Source: Bacilli bacterium (lineage in GTDB: Bacteria > Bacillota_I > Bacilli_A > RF39 > UBA660). From it: a DNA stretch of 64,000 nt. The position numbers and the translations under genes were made by a program. Location: contig JAFUTR010000031.1 in NCBI GenBank assembly GCA_017477845.1, positions 15,738 to 79,737 of the forward strand, written 5' to 3'. Shown piece after piece: positions 32,596 through 42,553 of the stretch (within the stretch, counting starts at the first letter, position 1; every line of letters starts with the position of its first letter). The notes below the pieces were generated by a model. That model worked only from the letters and a program-made list of their open reading frames with translations. It was not told the DNA's origin and ran no database searches.

Positions 32596-34521
32596 TTATT
32601 CTAATATTCTTCTCCAATTAATACTTTCTTCTTGTGGATTATCTAATAGTCCATGAACTTCATCTTTCATTATTATTTTTCCATCACTAATTTGTTCTAT
32701 AAAAGCGGCTTTTAAAAACATTTCACTACTAGATAAATCATTATCATAATCACTTATATTCTTATTTGCTTTATGATATCCATAAACATATATTGGAACA
32801 TTCATTGTTTTGTTTTTATTTTTTCTTGCTATTCTTAATAAATCATAATAAGGATCCATTTTATAATTTACAAATTTAGTTTCTTCATTAAAAGTTCCTT
32901 CAAATATTTGAACATCATAATATTGATTTATTATATTCATATATCTTTTTAATTCTTCTACATTTAAAGAATTACTACATCTAAAGTATTTATCAGATAT
33001 ATCAGTATTTCTAAATGCTGCCCAATCCATAAATCCTTCTTCAATTAGTTTTCTAAAATCAGTTAATATTGTATCTCTAAAATTAATACAATCTACAATA
33101 ACTTTTCTACCAACTTGTTTTAGTTTAATATCTTCAATATAGGACAATACGAGGTTTTGTTTTCTATCTCTAGTAGAATTAGACCAATTATGTGCAAATG
33201 AGTTATATAAAGCTGGAAATTTAACTCTATTGATGTAATTAATATCTCTTCTAACTAATACATCAACTTTACTAAATGATGTTTTATTTAATGTTCTAGT
33301 TTCTTCTAATAACTCATTAACTAATTTAATGTCTTTATCAATTTTATCTTTTTCCATATTGAATACTTCTAATTCAAATGCACCATTGATATAAGCTTCT
33401 CTTATTCGTTCTTGTTTCTTGTTTAATTCTTTTAAAGTTTTTTCATAATCTTTCTCTGGATTGTTTAACTTGTTTCTCATAAGAGGATAGTAATAGTTAT
33501 TAATTAAGGCATCATATTCATAAAAATCATTCATAATATCTTTAACTTGCTTTTCAATTAAATCTTCTCTTATATAGTTTTTGCAATCCTTACATTGATA
33601 GTAATAATAAATATTACCATTTTTCTTTCTTGTTGCTTTGCCACCCATAATATTGCCACATTTAGGACAAGTTAATTTTTGTAAGAATAAATAATCTTCT
33701 TTTCTACAATAATGTTTCAAATTCTTTGGAGCTTGAACCTGACACCAATGCCAGAGTTCTTTATCAATGATAGGTGGAACAACATTTTCATAATATTTTT
33801 CAGTTGGTTGTCCTTTCCTTGTAATATAATCACCCATATAAATTGGATTCATAATTATTTTTCTTATTGTTCCATCAAACCAATTTGTTTTATTAAGTGC
33901 TTTTTGTTTATTTAGTTTTTCGCTAATAATGAAATATGAATTACCTTTAGAGTACATATCAAATATATCTTTAATTACTAAACTAGATATTGGATCTACT
34001 TCTAAATTCTTACCATTCTTTTTATATCCATAAGGAACTTTACCTGGTATGTGTCCAGCCTTTAAAGCACCATCCATTCCTATTTTTGTTCTTTCACTTG
34101 TTCTTTCTATTTCATTTTGAGATACACTCATCATTATTCTTGCTACCATTTTTCCATTTGCAGTAGCAGTATTATAGTCATCATATAAGCAAACTATTTT
34201 AATATTATATTCTTCACAGAATTTCATTATTTTTTCCATATCATAAATACTTCTAGAAATTCTATCAAGTTTTATCGCATATATCGTATCTATCCTTTTA
34301 TTTTTTGCATCTTCTAACATTCTTTCAAATTCAGGTCTATGATTACCAGTTTTTGCACTAATACCAGCATCTTGATAATAATCAATGATTGTATAACCTC
34401 GAAGTTCACATTCTTTAGTTAATCTTTCTCTTTGCTCTGGTAAGCTAAACCCCTCACGAGCTTGATCTTCAGTTGATACTCTTAAATAGATACCTACATT
34501 TTTAATACCATTATCATTCAT
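32596..34521 (-). CDS. large serine recombinase (resolvase N-domain + recombinase domain + zinc ribbon + coiled coil)
   Basis: VGIYLRVSTEDQ (catalytic Ser), AIKLDRISRS, and zinc ribbon CPKCGN ... CKDC. 641 aa. Confidence 0.9.
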   Translation of the reverse strand: MNDNGIKNVGIYLRVSTEDQAREGFSLPEQRERLTKECELRGYTIIDYYQDAGISAKTGNHRPEFERMLEDAKNKRIDTIYAIKLDRISRSIYDMEKIMKFCEEYNIKIVCLYDDYNTATANGKMVARIMMSVSQNEIERTSERTKIGMDGALKAGHIPGKVPYGYKKNGKNLEVDPISSLVIKDIFDMYSKGNSYFIISEKLNKQKALNKTNWFDGTIRKIIMNPIYMGDYITRKGQPTEKYYENVVPPIIDKELWHWCQVQAPKNLKHYCRKEDYLFLQKLTCPKCGNIMGGKATRKKNGNIYYYYQCKDCKNYIREDLIEKQVKDIMNDFYEYDALINNYYYPLMRNKLNNPEKDYEKTLKELNKKQERIREAYINGAFELEVFNMEKDKIDKDIKLVNELLEETRTLNKTSFSKVDVLVRRDINYINRVKFPALYNSFAHNWSNSTRDRKQNLVLSYIEDIKLKQVGRKVIVDCINFRDTILTDFRKLIEEGFMDWAAFRNTDISDKYFRCSNSLNVEELKRYMNIINQYYDVQIFEGTFNEETKFVNYKMDPYYDLLRIARKNKNKTMNVPIYVYGYHKANKNISDYDNDLSSSEMFLKAAFIEQISDGKIIMKDEVHGLLDNPQEESINWRRILE

Positions 34522-34748
34522 AGTATCACTACCTTTCTAACAAAAAAGGGAGTCAAAAATACTAGTCTAAACTACTACTCTTGACTCCTTAATAACTAAA
34601 ATAATATATTTTTCTTTGCTTTTGACCATAGTTGTACCTCTCTTTCTAATAAAGACGGATACTGCTTGTCATTTATTGGCTTTATATTCTAGCACATTTT
34701 TGGGTTTTGTCAACATTGTAGTATAATATATACAAGGAGGTTTTTATA

Positions 34749-34934
34749 ATGAACATAAATTTAAATACTCATATTGATATTTCTGGAGTTATTGGTGTAG
34801 TCATTAGAAAAGTTCTTGAATTCAAAAAAGTAGATGGATTTACTGATGAAGAATTTAAAGAATTTTGGGAAAAACTTGAGAATGATGAAGAGTTTCTAAA
34901 TGCCTACAAAAATATTGTTAAAGTTGGTGACTAG
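34749..34934 (+). CDS. hypothetical small protein
   Basis: 61-aa ORF behind AAGGAGG. No motif recognised. Confidence 0.35.
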   Translation: MNINLNTHIDISGVIGVVIRKVLEFKKVDGFTDEEFKEFWEKLENDEEFLNAYKNIVKVGD

Positions 34935-34935
34935 T

Positions 34936-35217
34936 TCACGACTTTTTTATTGTTTTCAAGAAGTTTTCTAAATCTTTAAGTTCTATTGGATTATTGAGAT
35001 TAAAATGATAAACCTCTCTTCCAAAGTTAAAGAATAGAAAGACATGATTATTAACTATCATACGATGAGGTTCAACATAATTAAGATTAGTTCTTTTAAT
35101 ATTTATTAGATTACCTTGTATGTATTTTGGTTTAACATTAACATACTTACAAATAAAGTCTAATCTGTTTTTGATTCCTTCATCATAATCTAGCTTGTGC
35201 TTTTTAATTTGTAACAT
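34936..35217 (-). CDS. hypothetical protein
   Basis: Track ORF trimmed to its first ATG. No motif recognised. Confidence 0.3.
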   Translation of the reverse strand: MLQIKKHKLDYDEGIKNRLDFICKYVNVKPKYIQGNLINIKRTNLNYVEPHRMIVNNHVFLFFNFGREVYHFNLNNPIELKDLENFLKTIKKS

Positions 35218-35302
35218 ATAAAAAATCAACTACCTTTCTAGCAGTTGATTTTTCTATGTATTTAAAGCTCTAAACCCTAAAAGTTAGAGCAGTAAGTACT
35301 AC

Positions 35303-35376
35303 TGGCAGGGGATGAGAGAATCGAACTCCCAACAGTGGTTTTGGAGACCATTATTATACCATTTAACTAATCCCCT
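35303..35376 (-). tRNA. trnW: tRNA-Trp (anticodon CCA), CCA end encoded
   Basis: Manual cloverleaf: acceptor AGGGGAT/ATCCCCT, anticodon loop CUCCAAA, T arm GGGAG-TTCGATT-CTCTC, discriminator G, 3' CCA. Two hairpins follow at 35221..35290. Confidence 0.9.
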
Positions 35377-35529
35377 ACAAATTCAATTACACGAATTATT
35401 TTAACACTTAATGAAATATATTTCAAGATATTTCTAAATTTCATTGGAACATTTAATAATAAATTAATAGACTAAAAAATATAAAACAATAAATTTATAT
35501 AATTTGATTTTTGTTATAAAAAGAATTCG

Positions 35530-35566
35530 TTATATAAAAAAACAAATGCTTATGCATTTGTTTTAG
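35530..35566 (-). terminator. rho-independent terminator overlapping the stop of the amidase gene
   Basis: On the minus strand: AAACAAATGC-ATAA-GCATTTGTTT, followed by TTTTTATAT. Confidence 0.65.
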
Positions 35567-36686
35567 GAAGTAACAATATTTGATTTATTCTTAATAAATC
35601 ATTATTTAAGTTATTAAGTTCTCTTATTATATTTGGAGTAGTATTATATCTTCTTGCTATTGAGTATAATGTATCTCCTCTTTGCACTGTATATTCTATA
35701 TAATTGCTTAATGGTACTATTAATTGTTCTCCTATTTGTAATAACGAACTTTGTAAATTATTTAATCTTATTAATTCATTCACTGTAGTATTAAACATTC
35801 TAGCTATTGAGTATAATGTATCCCCTCTTTGTACTGTATAAACATTTTCATTATTTGGCTCATTGTTCCCATTTTGATTAGCGGCACATGACTCTGATAA
35901 CTTTATTACTTGCCCTGGATATATTATTGTAGAATCAAGTTTATTTAATTTAACTATATCATCTACTGTTACATTACAATTATTTGCAATTTTCCATAAA
36001 CTATCACCAGGTTTTATAGTATAATCTACTACTCCTATTATCTGTATACCATTAGTTGGAATTAGTAATTGCTGTCCTACTGTTAACCCAATTGAATTAA
36101 GCTTATTCAAAGTTAATATATCATCTACTGATACATTAAAGTTCTTTGCTATACTAAATAAAGTATCTCCATTTTTAACTGTATATATTGTATAATCATC
36201 TTGTAAGATATCTTCTTTAGTAGGAATAATTAATCTCTGTCCTATTACTAAATTATTAGTATTCAAGTTATTAGCTCTTTTTAATTCATCTACACTTATA
36301 CTATTGTTTCTCGCTATTTGATAAAGCGTATCTCCTCTTTTAACTGTATATATATTTTGATTATTATTTGTTCCTCCTGGTGCTATATAAGGTAGCCCAA
36401 TATAGTTAGTTACTGCCTTAACAACACCTTCAGCGTAATCTAATAAATTATTTTGAAGTTTTGCTAAATCTCTTGGATTATCAATAAATCCATATTCGAT
36501 TAATACTGCTTCAGTATTAGGGGTTTCTCTCATAATATAATAATAATCTTTACTTGGATTTTCAGGTAATCTTCTTTGATATATTTTTCTTTCTATCTGA
36601 CCTTTATTTCCTATTTCATCAAGTATCATACTTGCAAGAGTATCATCATTACGAAGTGAATAAACAACTTCCGCACCTTCACCACC
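35550..36686 (-). pseudogene. 3' part of a split N-acetylmuramoyl-L-alanine amidase (Amidase_3) / 5x LysM gene
   Basis: The open frame reads GG-EGAEVVYSLRNDDTLASMILDEIGNKG ... LIEYGFIDNP (the C-terminal half of an Amidase_3 domain), then five LysM repeats (YTVKRGDTLYQIAR ... etc.). There is no start codon or N-terminal catalytic half here; that half is at 53836..54109. Confidence 0.85.
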
Positions 36687-36730
36687 TCGCGATATAAGTT
36701 AATGTAACAAAATTCTTCCATAAGACAAAA

Positions 36731-36764
36731 AGAGCTTTGTGCCCAGTGGTCGCAAAGCTTTTTT
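36731..36764. terminator. bidirectional hairpin terminator just inside the left end of the element (after the helicase gene)
   Basis: AGCTTTG / CAAAGCT stem with T-runs on both strands. Confidence 0.55.
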
Positions 36765-38855
36765 TCATAATCTGCTTATAATATATTCTGAAAGAAAATT
36801 TAAATTCTCAAACTTATTATTCTTTAAAGCTTCATATATGTCATTAACATTATCCAATTCGTTCCCAATTACACTTACAATTTTATCTATATCATATTCA
36901 TATATTCCCAAATCTTTCAAAGTTTTTTTACATTTTGAATCTGAAAAGTATATATATTCTATACCTGCAATAATCTTCTGATTAATTATTTCTATAAGAT
37001 TATCAGCAATAGTATTACATTTCATAAAATAAATAATAATTTTGCACATATTATAAAATTCATGCTCGATATAGCTGCTTTTTAGTCTTAAAATCGTTGA
37101 TATTTCTCTATCTATATTTATTCTTTTATTATTTGACATCATTTCGTTTATTATAGTTTTAATATGCAATCTTCTTTTATCAATTAATTTATTTATTAAA
37201 AAAGAATTATGATTTATAATATAAGGATTTTCTTCTTCATAATTTATTATAGAATATATTAATTCTATTAAATATCCTCTCGATCTTTCCCTATTTTCAT
37301 ATAATTGCTGAAGTTCATAAAGTAACTTTGATTTGATGTTAATAAATTTTTCATACGTTTCTGATATTTTTTTAATCTTATACTTTGCCCCAATATTTTC
37401 TTTATATTCATCAGATGTAATATGTAATTTTCTAACGAACTCCTCATATTGACGACATTCAGCCTCATTTCCAACGTGGAAATCGAAGTCTTCACTTATA
37501 TCTGTTGCTTCAAATTTTATACTTTTTATTGCATCATCTTTTATGTATTTTGGATCGTCTGGTTCTTTTAAATAATATGCATATCCTAACTTATGCTGGT
37601 ATAGTCTCCCTGTTCTTCCAACTAAATTGTAAAAATCAAATGCATCAAATTTATTTTTAAATCTATATGGTTTCGTTATAATAATATTTTTGGCAGATAA
37701 ATTAACACCTTCTAGGATAGTTGACGTGCATAGAAGTGTATAAAATTCTTCCGATGAATCATACAAATCTAACTGATACATTCTAAATCCATTATTTAAT
37801 AACTGACCATTATGAATTAAAAATCCTCTTTCCATTGCTTTGACAACATACCATTCTTCATGGATTTCTTCTTTAACCCATTTAATGAAATTTAATATAT
37901 TTTTATCTTTTATTCTTATTAGTGGGTAATTTTTGACTATATTTTCGTTAACAAAAATTGGAATTTCTGCAACTGTTGGAAAATAAATTAGTGTTTTTTC
38001 ATGAATATGAGTATTAAGAAGCTCATTTATATATTTGTTTTTTTCTTTAGAATCATTTACATTTATCGTTTCTAGTTCGTTAACAACTGGAGAAAAATTT
38101 GTTCTAAACAAAATAGGTTTTTTATTCAATTTTTCTCTATCTTCAATATCTGAAATAAATGGAGCTAACAACACATACTTTTGTGATATTTGTGATAAAT
38201 AGTAGTATGCTAAATTTAGAATAAGAACCCTATTATTGTTATCATCTTTTTGTAATTTGTATACTTCATCTATTACCAAAAAATCTATTTTTTTTATTAA
38301 GTTATAATTACCATTCTCAACAACTTTATCATGTGTTAACACGAATAAATTATAATTATCAAAGTTAATTTTTGTTTCAAAATCAAAATTAATGTATTTT
38401 TTATATTTTTCAAAAATAAATTTGTATTTAGATATTATTTTTTTTAAATATTCATCTACCAATGCCAAAGTTGGGACAATAAGAACAACATTTTTTGGTA
38501 ATTCTCTTGAAATATATTCAAAGATACAAAATGTTTTTCCAAAACTTGTTGGAGCACTAACAATTAGTGCATTATTATTTTTTATATTACTTAATAATTC
38601 TAACTGTTCCGGATATAATGATATTTTTTTATCTAATGTAGATTTTGAAATAGAATTATATATAATTGAATCTAAATTTAAATTCTTAGAATAAATAGTT
38701 AATCCTAGGGAAAATAAATCATCAGAAATACTATATTTTTCTTCGTCAGATAAATTTTTATCTAAAAGCCTTATATATTCTTGTCTTAAATCATTTATAT
38801 CAATAACATCATTTATATTATATTTTTCACTGACATTCAGACTCATAAAAATCAC
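36765..38855 (-). CDS. hamB: SF2 DExD/H-type helicase, HamB-like (Hachiman)
   Basis: Walker A SAPTSFGKT, motif II VIDEVYKL, motif VI LVGRTGRL. It overlaps the stop of the preceding DUF1837-like gene. The Hachiman assignment rests on gene pair architecture. Confidence 0.6.
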   Translation of the reverse strand: MIFMSLNVSEKYNINDVIDINDLRQEYIRLLDKNLSDEEKYSISDDLFSLGLTIYSKNLNLDSIIYNSISKSTLDKKISLYPEQLELLSNIKNNNALIVSAPTSFGKTFCIFEYISRELPKNVVLIVPTLALVDEYLKKIISKYKFIFEKYKKYINFDFETKINFDNYNLFVLTHDKVVENGNYNLIKKIDFLVIDEVYKLQKDDNNNRVLILNLAYYYLSQISQKYVLLAPFISDIEDREKLNKKPILFRTNFSPVVNELETINVNDSKEKNKYINELLNTHIHEKTLIYFPTVAEIPIFVNENIVKNYPLIRIKDKNILNFIKWVKEEIHEEWYVVKAMERGFLIHNGQLLNNGFRMYQLDLYDSSEEFYTLLCTSTILEGVNLSAKNIIITKPYRFKNKFDAFDFYNLVGRTGRLYQHKLGYAYYLKEPDDPKYIKDDAIKSIKFEATDISEDFDFHVGNEAECRQYEEFVRKLHITSDEYKENIGAKYKIKKISETYEKFINIKSKLLYELQQLYENRERSRGYLIELIYSIINYEEENPYIINHNSFLINKLIDKRRLHIKTIINEMMSNNKRINIDREISTILRLKSSYIEHEFYNMCKIIIYFMKCNTIADNLIEIINQKIIAGIEYIYFSDSKCKKTLKDLGIYEYDIDKIVSVIGNELDNVNDIYEALKNNKFENLNFLSEYIISRL

Positions 38856-39750
38856 ACCTTTCTCTTAAAAAGCTTATAATTTTTGTTTGAAAGACATTTT
38901 TATCTATAATTGGAATGTTTATAATATAATATTTAACGTCTAAATCCAGTATTTTTTGTTTTTTTACTCTATCTAGTTTTTTGAATATTTGATTTACATC
39001 AATGTCATTACCACTCATTATAAAGATTGGAATGCCAATTTTTGTTGTTTTTGATATTTCTATAAACTTTTTAAAACTTAATGCTTTATTAATGTATTCT
39101 TTTATATCGTCAGGAAGGTTGGTTGGAAGTAGTTTTCTTGATAGTATAGTCCTAAATTCTTCGCAAATTTGATGTTCATAGTTATTTAATGACTTGTTTA
39201 TTAACTCAATTCCATCATCTAAGCTTTTACTTACTTTAGACTCTCCAAATAATAACATTCTTTCATTATAATCCCAGAAAATAACATCAATACCAAAAAC
39301 ACTCATATTTTTATTAGTAGTTAAAACTAATTTTGGTAATACGCATGTGAATTTGAAATAGTCAACTAAAACATTATGTAATATATATTCACCTACTTTT
39401 CCAATTTTATCACGTCTTAGTTTCAATAAATCCTTATCAGAATAATTTTCCCAGTCAATATAATTTGATAATTCTTTTTTTAAATCTGCTAAGTTTATCT
39501 CTAAGTTTTCATCGTCTATAAAATCAGTTAATGTTTTATATAAACTCACAAAATCTTCTGGAGTCGCATTAAAATCAACATTCACTTTATTATTTATGTA
39601 TCCTAAAATTTTTTCTTCTTTGAAGAAAAAACTAATTAATTCATCATAAAAACTATCTATATCTATTTTTATATGTACAAAAATATTTTTTTCTGTGTCA
39701 CTATAAACTATAAAGTCTTTATATTTTTCTTTTATCAATTTAATCACCAA
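38827..39750 (-). CDS. hamA: HamA-like (DUF1837-type) putative PD-(D/E)xK effector
   Basis: 307 aa lying directly upstream of and overlapping the helicase. Candidate nuclease motif GIDVIFWD ... LLFGESKVSK. Confidence 0.5.
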   Translation of the reverse strand: MVIKLIKEKYKDFIVYSDTEKNIFVHIKIDIDSFYDELISFFFKEEKILGYINNKVNVDFNATPEDFVSLYKTLTDFIDDENLEINLADLKKELSNYIDWENYSDKDLLKLRRDKIGKVGEYILHNVLVDYFKFTCVLPKLVLTTNKNMSVFGIDVIFWDYNERMLLFGESKVSKSLDDGIELINKSLNNYEHQICEEFRTILSRKLLPTNLPDDIKEYINKALSFKKFIEISKTTKIGIPIFIMSGNDIDVNQIFKKLDRVKKQKILDLDVKYYIINIPIIDKNVFQTKIISFLRERCDFYESECQ

Positions 39751-39843
39751 CTTATTTTATAAAACAAGTACATCTATGAGTACTTCATATCACTTCATCA
39801 CATTCCTACATCCTTCATATTTTGTTGTTTGTTTTACTAATTA

Positions 39844-40890
39844 TTACTTCCACTTATACTCAGTAAATCTTCCACCTGATATCTTTTCAATCTTTCCTTC
39901 ATTTAATAAAGTACTTAATGATCTTTCTATTGTAGTTTCACTTATATCAGGACATCTTTCCATTAAGTAAGCTTTATTAATTGGAGAAATACTTTCCATA
40001 AATAGAATACTAATTCGTTCAATAGCAGTCATCTTCTTATTTGTAATATACTCTACTCTTGAAGAAAACTCTTTATAAGCAGATAGAATAACACCAAGAT
40101 AATATTCTACAAAATAAGAATAATCATTTTCATTATTATGCCAGTTTACTGAACTATTTTCTAAAGAATCATAATACGTTTCTTTTGTTTCTTCTATTAT
40201 TTTTTCTATACTAATATATTTACCTACAATATATCCTGCTTTATATAATAGTAATAATGTTAATAATCTACTCATTCTACCATTTCCATCATTAAATGGA
40301 TGGATAGAAACAAAATCTAATATAAAAATAGGAATTGCAAGTAATGGATCTATTTCTCCTTTACTTATTATTTCATTATAACTATTGCATAGTTCTTCTA
40401 TTGCTATTGGAGTTTCAACTGGAGATAATGGTGTGAATCTTATTCTTTTTGTTCCATCTTCCAAAGTTTCCTCAATATAGTTTTGAGAGTTTTTAAATTT
40501 ACCACCATAACTGATTCCAGAATATTTATATAAATCTCTATGAAATTGTAAAATAACACTAGAACTAATATTAATATAATCATAGTTTTCATGTATTGTA
40601 TTTAATACATCTCTATATCCTGCTATTTCTTCTTCATTTCTATTTTTAGGTTCTACTTTATTATTTACAATTTCACTCATTCTTTGATCAGTAGTATATA
40701 TTCCTTCAATTTTATTTGAAGCACTCGTACTTTGAACTTTTGCAATAGATAATAAACTAGATAAAATATCTGGTTTTGCTTCAATATATAATTCTTGTTT
40801 TCCTTTATATTCATGAATACTAGATAATAAATTAACTACATTATTATTCATTAAAGATTCTAATTCTTTTACTAAATCAAATGTTCTCAT
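39844..40890 (-). CDS. Fic-family protein with a C-terminal winged-helix domain
   Basis: Fic motif HPFNDGNGRMSRLL. The C-terminal TIERSLSTLLNEGKIEK is wHTH-like. The start is ambiguous (ATGs at 40899 and 40890; the longer track ORF lacks an RBS). Confidence 0.85.
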   Translation of the reverse strand: MRTFDLVKELESLMNNNVVNLLSSIHEYKGKQELYIEAKPDILSSLLSIAKVQSTSASNKIEGIYTTDQRMSEIVNNKVEPKNRNEEEIAGYRDVLNTIHENYDYINISSSVILQFHRDLYKYSGISYGGKFKNSQNYIEETLEDGTKRIRFTPLSPVETPIAIEELCNSYNEIISKGEIDPLLAIPIFILDFVSIHPFNDGNGRMSRLLTLLLLYKAGYIVGKYISIEKIIEETKETYYDSLENSSVNWHNNENDYSYFVEYYLGVILSAYKEFSSRVEYITNKKMTAIERISILFMESISPINKAYLMERCPDISETTIERSLSTLLNEGKIEKISGGRFTEYKWK

Positions 40891-41371
40891 TTGCCTCATT
40901 TCTCCTTTCATTTGCACCATTATAGCACAAAATGATGCAATTAGCAATATATATGATGCAATTAAGGCTTAATATCATTTTGATAAATATATTGTCAGTT
41001 TGTTATTAAGCGCATTATTTTAACGTTTGGATATTTTAATCTATTTATGGTGAAGATTATACCATATTTTTGTTATATTCTTCGCTATTACTTATTTAAC
41101 ACTTGCTATACTTCTCGCACCTAAGACTATTTAAAATATTAATTGTATATATAATATAGGAAAAAATTATTATTTAGTTGCATCACTTGATAATGACAAT
41201 TCAAAAAGTAATATCTACTATTTTTATTTAAAAAAGGATTTACTGAAAAGACTAGTCAACCTCATAATAAGCAAATATAACTATAGTTGCTAAATATCTA
41301 GGATATGTTCATTAATATTAAAGCAAATCTATTTAACTTTGATTTAATTGAAATATTTAATTTAATTGACA

Positions 41372-41403
41372 AATTAAAATTAAAAATTAGGATTTCTCCT
41401 AAT
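41372..41403 (-). terminator. rho-independent terminator after the two-gene module
   Basis: AATTAGGA (41384..41391) / TCCTAATT (41396..41403), with a T-rich tail on the minus strand. Confidence 0.55.
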
Positions 41404-41408
41404 TATTT

Positions 41409-41750
41409 TTAATAATCATTAAAGTTTTCAGCTAAATACTCAGCCAACTGCCCCTCAGTCATATCTTCCATCATTTCTATTTCTTGTTCTATAATTGCAT
41501 GTTTTGGATTAGTGTGAAATATTTTATATTCATTATAATATTCCTCTAATTCTTTCTTTTCTAATCCTTTTATTCTATCAATTTCTTTTTCAAGTTCACT
41601 ATCTTTTATTTCTCTTTCATTTAAAAAAGACTTATGTTTTTCATTCCAATATTTCGCTTTAATGTTCTTTAAATTTGTATCACTAATTTCTGATATTTCT
41701 TTTTGATTCATATCAAAAGTATACTTTTCTAAATATTCTTCTAATGTCAT
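41409..41750 (-). CDS. hypothetical small acidic protein (partner of the RNxxxH protein)
   Basis: 113 aa from the ATG after AAGGTGA. Highly acidic and predicted helical. No motif recognised. Confidence 0.5.
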   Translation of the reverse strand: MTLEEYLEKYTFDMNQKEISEISDTNLKNIKAKYWNEKHKSFLNEREIKDSELEKEIDRIKGLEKKELEEYYNEYKIFHTNPKHAIIEQEIEMMEDMTEGQLAEYLAENFNDY

Positions 41751-41821
41751 CTTATCATCACCTTTCATTTAAAAAAATTTAACTCTATTATAACATATAA
41801 AAAGAATAATTATTTCTTTCA

Positions 41822-42553
41822 TTAATCTTCATTATCATCTATTAGAGAAACCTGGGTATACTTTCCCATTAATTCCATTGCTTGTTGTTCTGTATAATTA
41901 TCATCAGTTAACATTTTTATTAATTCATTATAATTTTCTTCTCCATATAATTCAATCATTTTATTCTTATTTTCCTCTAACTGAACATATTTTATGAATT
42001 TATTAGCTAAATCATCAAATTCTTCTTTTGTTGATTCATCATATTTAAAATTATTAAATATTGGCCTTAATTCATTTTTACTTTTTCTATCAAAATCTGT
42101 TTTTGATTTTGGATTATTAATTATATCTTTCATTAATTCAAAAATGGTTATCACCGGTTTAGAATTCATAATTACTTTATAATAATCACTACTTAAATAT
42201 GTCTTAAATATTACTTCTATTGTACTTTTAATTTCATTAATTAAAGTATGTATATCATTTTTATTTACTTTAGTTAATAATCTAATAAGATCATTTATAT
42301 ACTTATTATCTTCAATATGACCATATCTATTTCTCATTTTATATATCATTTCTTTAATACTGTGGTTATCTATTTTTTTATTTAAAATTTTATCTATAAC
42401 TACATAATTTTCAAAATATTTTTTTAATTTGTTGTAACCATCTATTATTTTTTGAATATTAAAATAGTCTTCTTCTGTATAATAACTCTTAATCTCTATT
42501 TTTTGTAATGTTTCAGACATATTGCATAATATCTTTATTTCTTCATTTGTCAT
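41822..42553 (-). CDS. hypothetical protein with an RNxxxH (HEPN-like) motif
   Basis: 243 aa, all-helical composition. KMRNRYGHIED fits the HEPN Rx4-6H signature. This assignment is inference only. Confidence 0.5.
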   Translation of the reverse strand: MTNEEIKILCNMSETLQKIEIKSYYTEEDYFNIQKIIDGYNKLKKYFENYVVIDKILNKKIDNHSIKEMIYKMRNRYGHIEDNKYINDLIRLLTKVNKNDIHTLINEIKSTIEVIFKTYLSSDYYKVIMNSKPVITIFELMKDIINNPKSKTDFDRKSKNELRPIFNNFKYDESTKEEFDDLANKFIKYVQLEENKNKMIELYGEENYNELIKMLTDDNYTEQQAMELMGKYTQVSLIDDNED

